Origin: Candidatus Latescibacterota bacterium
Lineage (GTDB): Bacteria; Latescibacterota; UBA2968; UBA8231
DNA: 64,000 nucleotides
Direction: 5' to 3'
Assembly: GCA_965208105.1 (NCBI GenBank)
Contig: OZ242318.1
Span: forward strand, 4,032,001-4,096,000
The position numbers were made by a program, and so were the translations under genes. Under the pieces are notes generated by a model. It was not told where the DNA came from. It saw only the letters and a list, made by a program, of their open reading frames with translations, and did not search any database. Shown here in pieces: positions 38,402-48,500 of this stretch; position 1 is the first letter of the stretch; every line of letters starts with the position of its first letter.

Positions 38402-39114
38402 GGTGAGTCCGGGTCCAGTTCATGGGCAAGGGCGGCGGCAAAACGTTCGTTGCCGAGAGTTTGCAGCCGCCACCTGACCGCAGGAAGGTGAGGAAACTGG
38501 AATACGGCGGTCCTGGTGCCGCGGCGCATGGCAGGCGGGATTTCGAACCCGGACATGTCTTGAGAGAGCCCGGTTCCCAACGCCTTGATGAGCGCTTCCT
38601 TCAGTGTCCAGAAATAATAAAACATGTGAAGCTTGCGGCTTTCGCTCGCCCCTTCCAGTTCGGCTTTTTCACGGGGACCCAGAGTGGTCCCGATCAATTC
38701 ATCGAGATGGGACCTGGAGCCGCGCTCCTCCACGTCCACACCCAGCCGTCCTGCCTCCGCCAGGGCAACCAAGCCATGTCTTCCGCTGTGGCTGAGGTTG
38801 AAGCTGATGGAAGCCGTCCTTCCCTGCACTACCGCGTAGGGCTTTCCGTGATCGGAGGCAGCGAAGGCCAGCTCTTCGTTGCTGCACCCCAGTCGCCGGC
38901 AAAGGATGGCGCGGAGCGCCCCACGACACAAGGCAAATCGACGGCGGGCACCGTCGTGCCGGTAGCGTCTCCAGCGCGCCTTCTCTTCCTCGTCCAGCCA
39001 CCTCCAGGCATGAGCCTCGCGGAGGCCGTGAGCGCACAAGTCGACGTGCAGGATCTTGGCGCCGCCGATTTCGCGGAAGGGAGCCCACCAGCAATCGCCG
39101 CCGGAACCAGGCAT
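38398..39114 (-). CDS. 4'-phosphopantetheinyl transferase, Sfp-type (SupC-like)
   Basis: HGKP, FNLSHS, LGVDVE, WTLKEALIKALGTGL. Confidence 0.95.
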   Translation of the reverse strand: MPGSGGDCWWAPFREIGGAKILHVDLCAHGLREAHAWRWLDEEEKARWRRYRHDGARRRFALCRGALRAILCRRLGCSNEELAFAASDHGKPYAVVQGRTASISFNLSHSGRHGLVALAEAGRLGVDVEERGSRSHLDELIGTTLGPREKAELEGASESRKLHMFYYFWTLKEALIKALGTGLSQDMSGFEIPPAMRRGTRTAVFQFPHLPAVRWRLQTLGNERFAAALAHELDPDSP

Positions 39115-39133
39115 ATGTCAGAGCACTACCTCT

Positions 39134-39191
39134 TCAAATAAAACCGGCGGCTTCCCAGGCAATGAGTGGCTGCCTGGGAAGCCGCCGGTTT
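39134..39191 (-). terminator. Intrinsic terminator or stabilising stem-loop after the free ACP
   Basis: Perfect 21-bp inverted repeat 39141-39161/39171-39191 with a 9-nt loop; minus strand ends in TTTTATTT. Confidence 0.8.
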
Positions 39192-39220
39192 CCGTTGCGG
39201 TGGATGCCCCGTCCCAGGGT

Positions 39221-39466
39221 TTAACCTGCCTGGGAATCGATGAGCTCAACCACTTCCTGGACGCTTTTGAGCTGCGTGCAGTGTTCGACAGTGAAGGTAA
39301 CGTTGAACTCCTGAGATACCAATTTAGCGAACGCAACGAGATCCGTGGAGGGAACCCCTGCCTCTACGAGGCTGAAATTCAGATCCTGGGGCACATCTAT
39401 TGGCTTCCCGTCTACCTCGATGTTTTCGTCGATGAGCTTTCTGAGGCGGTCTCCGGTTGAGGACAT
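39221..39466 (-). CDS. Free-standing acyl carrier protein (SupB-like)
   Basis: 81-aa acidic helical protein between PKS and PPTase; SLVEAGVPSTDLV aligns to LGxDSL; EF.V; SV.EVVELI. Confidence 0.8.
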   Translation of the reverse strand: MSSTGDRLRKLIDENIEVDGKPIDVPQDLNFSLVEAGVPSTDLVAFAKLVSQEFNVTFTVEHCTQLKSVQEVVELIDSQAG

Positions 39467-39568
39467 TTTCATTTTCCTTTCTAAATGGTGGAAGAAAATA
39501 AATGGTGGTAGAAAATATGGCTCCAAAAAAAAGACAGAATGACAAAATAGCAAAAGGGCCCTGATGCG

Positions 39569-42500
39569 TCAACCCTCCGTACTCGAATCCGCCCCCGCCT
39601 CGATCCAGTGGCGGCGCCGCTGAAACGGATAGCCCGGCAGCGAGACCCGGCGCCGCGTCTCTCCGGCGAACAACCCTGCGAAGGAAATCGCCATTCCAGC
39701 CTGGTACGCTTGCGCAACCGATGCGACGAAGCCGTCGCCCCACTGACAGTCCGGCCGCAGGCTGGACAGCACGACCGGCGTCTCGACAGCGTCGGCGGAC
39801 TGGGTCCGGGAGCGGGCGACCATCGGCCCCAACACCGCTTCCGGGGCGATTTCCACGATGGCCTGCACGCCCAGCTCGGCCAGGGTTTCAAGGCATTGGC
39901 CAAACGCCATCGACTCACGCGCCTGCCGCTGCCAGTACGCATCGTCGGGCGCATCCTCTTCCTTTATCACCCGTCCCGACACACTGCTCACCAGGGGGAT
40001 GGATGGCGGCGCAACCGCGATCCTTTCCAGTGGGTGCTTTGCGTTCCGGGTCCCTGCCAACCGCAACCCTTCCTCCAGGGAGAACAACCCCGCTGCCTGC
40101 GCTGCCGCGACCTCCCCAACGCCCTGCCCGACCACCGCGCCAGGCCGAATCCCCACGCTCGCCCACAGCGCGGTAAGGGCGCACTCCAGCGCGTACAGAG
40201 CTGGCTGAGTCCACTCCGGGTCGTCAAGAGCTCCCTCCGTTCCTGCCCGGCCGAACATTACCTCCAGAAGCGAAGCGCCTCGATCTTCCCGCAGTTGAGC
40301 GTCGCAGCGATCGAGCACCGCCCGGGCCACCGGCTCGCTTTCGTAGAGGTCCTGACCCACGCCGACCCACTGGCTGCCCTCTCCGCCGTAGGCGAACGCC
40401 ACCTTGGTGGGCGGTTGCGGCTGCGGCCGCTCATCCGCCTCCGCGATGGTCTTCAGTCCGTCGCGCAGCGACTCGACATCGCGGAACACCACGCTGGCGC
40501 GGCAATCGAAATGACTGCGTCCCATGCCCGCAGTCCACGCCATGTCCGCCAGCACGGTTTCCGCGGTCCCCGCATCGGCAAGCTCTTCAGCGCGCTCTTC
40601 GAGCCAGGACAGATAAGCCCCGGCCAATGCCCGCAGGGCGCCCTCCGCCTTGCCCGACAGGGGCAGCACCCGCGTTCCCCGCCCCCGGAACTCTTCCTCT
40701 GACAGCGTCAGGTCCGCCATCGGCTCCGGCAGGGAAACGGTTATTTCTCGCGCAGTGCCCCTGGGCAGGAACCCGTCACTCGATTCGACTCCGGTCTCTT
40801 CTCCGTATCCCTCCACAACGACGTGGGAGTTCGTGCCCGAAATCCCGAAGGCACTCACCCCCGCGCGCGGCGGTCGTCCGTTGTTGCTCGGCCAGTCCGT
40901 CACGGCGGCCACCACCCGCACCGGAAGCTGGTCCCAGTCCAGGTGCGGGTTCGGGTCGCGGAAGTGCAGGTTGGGCGGAATTACTCCCCGCTTCATGGCC
41001 AGCACGGTCTTGATCAGGCTCGCAACCCCGGCGGCCGGCTCCAGGTGGCCGATGTTGGTCTTCACCGAGCCGATCAAAAGCGGACGGTCCGCTTCCCGGT
41101 CCCTGCCGTATACCGCGGCCTCGGCCTGCACCTCGATCGGGTCGCCAAAGCCCGACCCGGAACCGTGGGCTTCCAGGTAATCCACTTCCTCCGGGGCAAC
41201 GCCCCCCCGCTTCAGCGCCTCCTCGATCACCCGCTCCTGCGCCGGACCGTTCGGCACCGTGGGTCCGGCGCTCGCCCCGTTCTGGTTGACCGCCGACCCG
41301 AGAATCACCCCCCAGATGCGGTCGCCGTCGGCCTCTGCCTCGCTCAATCGCTTAAGAACGATCATTCCGCAGCCTTCACTCCGCACGAAGCCGTCGGCAG
41401 CGGCATCGAAGGCCCTGCACCTTCCGCTCGCCGACAACATTCCCAACTCTGCCATCTCCCGGGTCAAATCAGGCGACAGAACCGCCTGTGCGCCTCCTAC
41501 CAGGGCCATGTCCACTTCGCCCTGCTGCAACGCGGAGACGGCATAGTGCACCGCCACCAGTGATGAGGCGCAGTTGAGCTCAACCGGTATCGTGGGCCCT
41601 TCCAGACCCAGGGCGAAGGAAACCCGTCCGACGGTCATGCTCCCCGCGGTACCCAGGTAGCTGACCCCGTAGTCGCCGCCGGCCATTAAGTCCCGGTACT
41701 CGCTGGTGGAAATGCCGGCGTATATCCCGGTCCGGCTGCCCCGCAACCGGTCCGGGTCAATCCCCGCATCCTCGAGGGCCTGCCAGCTCGTCTCCAGCAG
41801 CATCCGCTGCCGTGGATCCATCAGGCGCGCCTCGATCGGGGCGATCCGAAAGAACCTCGAGTCGAATTGCTCGAGCCCTTCCACGAACCCGCCCTGGCGG
41901 TATGCGGCGTAATCGGCGGGAAGATCCTCGGCGAGATCGGCCCAGGACCCGGAATCTCCGCGTCCGTCCGTCACCGCGTCTGCGCCAGCTTCGAGCTGGT
42001 GCCAGAATGCCGGGAGGTCCGGTGCGCCGGGGAACCGGCACGCCATGCCTACGATGGCGATGCCGTCCTCCTCGCCATGCACCGTCGGTCGGGGCTCCGG
42101 CTGAGGTTGAATCTGAGGGGCGGGGGCACTGCCGGTCTCGCCCAGTTCCCCGGCCAGATGCCGCGCGAGAGCGGCGATATCCGGGTAGTCGAACACAACG
42201 GTGTTGGGGACTACGTATTCCTCGGAAAACGCCCGGTTCAGGCGGTTGCGCAACTCTACCGCCATCAGCGAATCCATTCCCAGATCGAAGAATCCCACGG
42301 TCGGCTCCGGCTCAGTCGGAAGCCTCAGCACCGCCTGCACCTCCTGCTGCAGGAAAGTGGCGAGCAGCTCCTCGCGTGCCGGTGCTTCCCGCAAGCGGGA
42401 CAGAAGGTCCTCTGACGAGGCCGGGGAGGCTTCGTCGTCCGAGGCGACGGACAGCAGGTCCTCCAAAAATGGAGGACGGTCTTCCACTGCCTCTTCGAAC

Positions 42501-45500
42501 ACCGACCAGTCCATCGCCATTACCACGGAAGCCGTGGAATCCTGGCGCACCAGTTGGTCGAATGCCTGCAGGCCCTGCTGCGGGGTGAACCAGCGGCCTC
42601 CCAGTGCTGATCGTTGCCGGTCGATTCGATCCCGTTGTTCGGCGGCTTCGCCAATCTCCGACCATGCCCCCCAGGCGATAGCCTGTCCGGGAAGTCCCTG
42701 CGCACGGCGGTGGCCGGCTAGTTGATCCAGGAAGGCATTGGCTGCAGCGTGGTTCGCCTGGCCCGGATTGCCCATGACCCCGACTCGGCTCGAAAAGAGG
42801 ATGAAGAGATCCAGATCGCGATCCTCTGTGGCCCGGTGGAGATGCCATGCGCCCAGAATCTTCGGCCAGAGCACCGTTTCGAATCGCTCCCAACTCTGGT
42901 TGGAAAGCGCGCCGTCCGACAGCACGCCCACACTGTGGATAACTCCCCCAAGGGGCGGCAGCGTCGCATCAATCCGCGTCAACATCTGGTCAATGGCGGC
43001 GGTGTCGGTCACATCCGCGAGTTCCACCTGAACCGTCAGGCCGCGCTCGCGCAGATGGCCGATGGCCTCCTCGGCCTCGGCATCCGGAGGCCGGCGCCCA
43101 TTCAGCACGATTACACCTGCTCCGTGGTCGGCCAGCCAGCCGGCTACGGCGCATCCGATCCCGCCCAGACCACCGGTCACCAGATAAGTCCGGTCCTGTC
43201 TCAACCTCCCCTTCAAAAGCGGCGTCGGAGTCACGACGATTTTCCCGAGGTGCCGGGCAGATCGCATGAAGCTCAACGCGGCCCCTGCCTCGGCCAGTGG
43301 CCACCTGCTGTGAATGATCGGTTTCAGCTCTCCGGCCGAAAGGCGCTCCATTACCTCCCGGAGAACCCTTCCTACCCACGCCGGCTCGGTTTTTTTCAGG
43401 ACATCCAGTTCGAGGATGGCGTAGGCCACATCCGGACGCACCGCCGCCATCTCCTCCTCGCTCAGGATGTCCCTCCGGGCCATCTCGACGAACCTGCCGC
43501 CCTGTCTGAGGCAGGACAGACTGGCGTCGATGAAGCCCTCTCCCGTAAGGCTGTTGAGCACCACGTCCACGCCCGCGCCTCCGGTTGCTTCGAGGATTTC
43601 CGTGCCGAAGGCTGTATTGCGGCTGTCGAATATGTGCTCCACCCCCAATGACCGGAGATAGGCCTGCTTCGGGGCGCTCGCGGTGGCGAAGACTTCAGCT
43701 CCAGCGGCCTGCACCAGCTGAATTGCCGCCAGCCCGACGCCGCCGGCGCCTGCGTGAATCAGCACCCGCTCACCGGCCTCCAGTCCAGAAAGCTCGAAGG
43801 AAAGCGCCGCGGAAACGAATGCGCTTGGCACCGTGGCCAGTCCGGAGACCGAGAATCCCGACGGCGCGGGCGCCACCAACTCTTCCCTTGTGATCATTTG
43901 CGGCCCGAAGGCGCCGAACCCCAACCCGACCACAGGGTCGCCTGCGGAGACGGTTGACACCTCGGACCCCACCTCGAGGATGTGGCCGCACATCTCCCTG
44001 CCCAGCAGGCCCTCTTCGATGAATCCGAGAGACCGAAACACGTCCCAGAAGTTGAGCCCGGCCGCCTCGACCGCTACGCGAACTTCCCTCGGTTCGAGGG
44101 CAGGCGCAGGCAGCGGGTGGACATAAGGTCTGTCGAACACCCCTGCCGGGTCCGGAGCCAGCACCCAGTCAGGCTCCTCGGGAAGGGACAGCCGCTCCGC
44201 TTCGGCCCCCGAACGGACAAGGCGCGCCACCCGACGGCTACCCGACCGATAGGCGATGTGATTCTCGGCATCAGGATAAAGGAGTTCCCTGACCAGGTCC
44301 GGTGCCGGCGCCATCTCGCCGGGGTCCAGATCGATCATCTTCGGCTGCAGGTGCGCCGCTTCCCGGGCAATGGCCTTGCCGAAGCCCCAGAGCGTTGCCC
44401 CGGCGAGTTCCCCGCCGCGCTCCCGCTCCAGCAGCTGTGCGCCCCGCGTGATCATCCAGACGCCGTTGGCAGGGACAGCATCGGAGTCGATGACTCCCTG
44501 CACCAGAGCCAGAGCGCTGGCTCCAGCCCGCCTTACGTCCTCCGCCATTTCCCCGGTCGTGGCCTGTGCCCCGTGACCGTCCAGTCCCGCGAGATGCACA
44601 ACCCCGCTGAGTGGCAGGTCGTCGGGCAGACTGGTCACGAGTGATTGCCAGGACTCGCGCCGATTCATTTCCACGGCGGTCCTGAAAACACCGGGGCCGC
44701 CCGCAACCGGCCCCTTTTCTTCCGGCGCATCGCTGCTTGCCAGCACCACGGCCTGGTTCCGCGCCGCCAGATCGGTTGCCAGCTTTTCCGCCAGCCCTCC
44801 CTGGTCACCTGCCAGGACCCACACACCTGTGGGCTCCGCAACTTCCGCCGGGCCCTGGGCTACGATCACACCTTTGTCCGGCGTCCGCGAGGGGTCCGAT
44901 TCATCCGGCCCCAGGACTTCCACCGCCTCGAAACCCGCGTTGCCGAGTGCCTGGCGCCACACCGCGGGACTCGCCAGGGCGTGGTGGGGGCGGTAGTCGT
45001 CGGCGAATCGCCACCAGCCGTCCAACTGGCCGAAGGTGAGGTCCATCCAGCCCAGACCGCTCAGGTTCTCCAGCGCCACCAGCTGTCCCGATGGCGCGAG
45101 AAGGTCGCGGCAGTGCCCCAGGGTCTCTTCCAGGTAGCGCGTCGCGTGCAGCACGTTGGACGCGATCAGCAGGTCGTAACCATGGGAGTCGAAACCCTGG
45201 GAGATCGGATCCTTCTCGATATCCAGCGGACGGTACTCGATGCAGCCGCCGCCGTCGCCGAAGCGCGCCTCCGCTTCGGCAAAGAAGCCCGCGGAGATAT
45301 CCGTGTAGACGTAGTCGAACTGTCCTTCAGGAAGCTCCGGAAGCACGGAGGCAGTCGCAGATCCTGTCCCCGCCCCGACCTCGATCACCCTGAGCCGGCG
45401 GCCCGCGGGCAAGGAGGCCACCAGCGCCCTCACCGCTTCTGCCAGCATCCGGTTTGCCGCGCGCGCCACCGGCGCCTTCAGATAGAGATCTGCCGCCGTC

Positions 45501-48500
45501 GGTTCTCCGCTGCTGAACAGCAGGGTCAGGGGATCCGCGCCGCCGCGCAGCACCTCGGCCAGCGCGCGGCCGGAGCGCCGGAACAGCCCGATCTCGGTAA
45601 GGCCGTGGGGGTGCCGGTCGGCCATCCGCGAGGCGAACTCCTCGAGATCGCCAGGCATTTCACCCGGCAGCGGATCCTCGGGTCCCACGGCTACCGTGAA
45701 CCCGGTGTCTGTCTCCTTCACCACGCCGGACCTGGCGAGCATCTCGAAGAGCCGCCGGAAGAGGCGCTCGTGCTCGGAGAGGACATTCAACTGGCTGCGC
45801 AACTCCTCCGGGTCCACGGTCTCGCCCGCCCGGCGCTGCCAGCCCAGTTCTTCCAGCGTCGCCAGCGCGCGGGACCGCGACCAGCGCTCTAGGTCCTCCA
45901 GCAGGGCGTCCCGGTCCCCGGGGTCGACTCCCGCGTCGGTAAGGTAGCCGGCGAACAACTGCGAGCCTTCCGCGACCGCCGCGGGGCTCGGGAAGAAGTC
46001 CGCAGGTGTTATCCCGGATGGAAGGTCGCGCTCGCGCCACACCACCTCGTATAGCAGGTCCTTCACCCCCTGGACTGCCGACAGGAGCGCCTCCCGCGTT
46101 GCCCGCTTCACCGAGTACCCACTGATGCCACCCAGCGGACCCCCGTTCGGGTCGTAGAATTTCAGCTCTCCGCTCAGCACTTCAGGCGGCTCACCCGGAG
46201 TCGCTTCTGCGTCGCGGGACGCCGCGCTCAGGCGCACGTGGCAGATGACCCGATCGGGCAGCCGACCCGCCAGCCACAGCCGTTCCCAGCCGAACGGCAG
46301 ATAGGTGGCTCCACCTTCGGTCCCCGCCAGGTTGCGCGCCACGCCGAAGACCTGGAAGCACCCGTCCAGCACCAGCGGATGGAAATCAAGCCCGTGCCTG
46401 GTCAGAGATTCGGGCAGTGACACCTCCCCCAACGCCTCACCAGGGCTGGACCAGGCCTTCTCGAGCGTGCGAAAGAAGGGGCCGAGATCGACCCCGGTAC
46501 TGGCCCTGTGGCGGTAGTAGCCCGCCAGGTCCACCGGCGACAGGCCGGACTTCAGATTTTCCAGGTCGATCCTCCCACCGGCTTCCACTGCCGGGGAACC
46601 CGATGCCATGCTACCTTCCACATGTACCATCCATTCCCCTTCACTTCCCTTGCTGAAGATCTGAACAGCGGGCGACGACGCCTGCTCGGAAGCGTCGACC
46701 ACGACCTGCATCTTCCGGCCTTCTTCACTCGTCCCGTCCTCCTCCTCGAAGACCAGGGGGTTGTGCAACTGCATGTTTTCTACGACCACTGGCCCGACTC
46801 CTTCGACGGTGGCGGCCGATGCGGCCATGGCCCCGTAGAGGGCGCCCGGCGCCACGACTCTGCCGAACACCCGGTGGTCGTTCATCCACACCGGATCAGA
46901 GGGGAACACCTCCGTCTCGAAGGTAATCTCGCCGCGGGCGGATTCGTGCCGAAGGCCCAACAGGGGATGGCCGGAACCACGCTTCGGCCCCTTGGGCGCC
47001 TCGACCCAATGGCGTTCGCGCTGGAAAGGATAGCCCGGCAGCGAGATCCGTCGCCTCGTTTCTCCCGCGAATAGTCCCCCGAAACGAATTGGGAGCCCCG
47101 CCTGGTAGGCCTCCCCCACCGCCCCCACGAAACCGTCCCCGCTTTCGGACTCAGTTTCATCGCCCGATGGCGGGCTGAGGCTCGACAGCACCACCGGTGC
47201 GGGCGTACTTGGCGACCCCGGCCAGGAGGAGGCCGCCATGGGAGCCAGCACTGACCGGGGGCCGATCTCCAGAACCACGTCTACCCCGAGGCCCCCCAAG
47301 GTTTCGACCCCCTGGGCGAATGCCACCGGCTCCCGGGCATGCCGCCTCCAGTAGGTTCCGTCCTGCGCCTGGCCCGGTTCCACCGCCCTGCCCGTCAGAT
47401 TGCTGACCACGGTAAGGGAGGGAGGCTGGATCGCCATGCCTTCGAGGGAGGATTCCAGTTCGTCCAGGATGGGCTCGACCAGCACGCTGTGGAACGCCCT
47501 GGTCGTATTCAGACGCCTGACCCGCACTCCCTCCTGTTCGAATCGATTCGAGATCGCTTCAATGTCCACAATCGGGCCGCTTACCACCTGGTGGGTTCCA
47601 TTGTAACCCGAGATGCTCAGCCCGGCGTCGGAGGAGGCCGCGTTTACCGCTTCCACCGCGGATGCCACCAGCTCCGGCGAAGCGAAGACCGCTGCCATTC
47701 CACCCTCTCCCATCTGCGACATCAGCGTTCCCCGGACGGCGGCGAAGCGCATCCCGTCCTCGAGGCTGAGCACCCCTGCCGTCTGGGCCGCGGCCAGTTC
47801 ACCGATGCTGTGTCCGACGACCACGTCGGGCCGGATACCGAGGCTCGACCAGAGCGCCGTCAGGGCGCACTCCAGGGCGTAGAGGGCCGGCTGCTCCCAC
47901 TCCGTTTGGCCGAGCTCCCCTTCCCCCCCAGGGCGGCCGAACATCACGTCCAGCAGCGAGGTCCCTCTTTCACGGAGAAGGACTGCCTCGCAGCGGTCCA
48001 GGACCGCGCGCACCACCGGTTCGCTTTCATAGAGGCTCCGTCCCATGCCTACCCATTGGCTCCCCTGGCCCGTATATACAAACGCGACCTTGGATGGTGA
48101 CTGGGCGGCAGGTCCCCGGCCTGACTCTGCAAGTGCGCTCAGGCCCTGGCGCAGCGACGCTGAATCGCTGAATACGACGCCTGCACGGTGGGCAAAATGA
48201 CTGCGTCCCACACCCGCCGTCCACGCCATGTCCGCAAGCAGTGCTTCTCCTTGGGAGGCGGTTTCCCCAGCCTGTTCGTCGAGCCATGCAAGGTATCGCC
48301 CTCCCAAATCCCGCAGCGCCGCTTCGGATTTCCCCGACAGTGGAAGAAGACGGGTCCGCCGGGGCTGGACCTCCCCCTCCGGCAGGGGCAGATCCGCCAT
48401 GGTCGCCGGTACCGCAATCGCCACCGGCTGCGCCGGGCCCATGGCCCATCCATCATCGACGGGCGTCCCGTTGGAGCCTCTGTACTCCTCCACTACAAGG

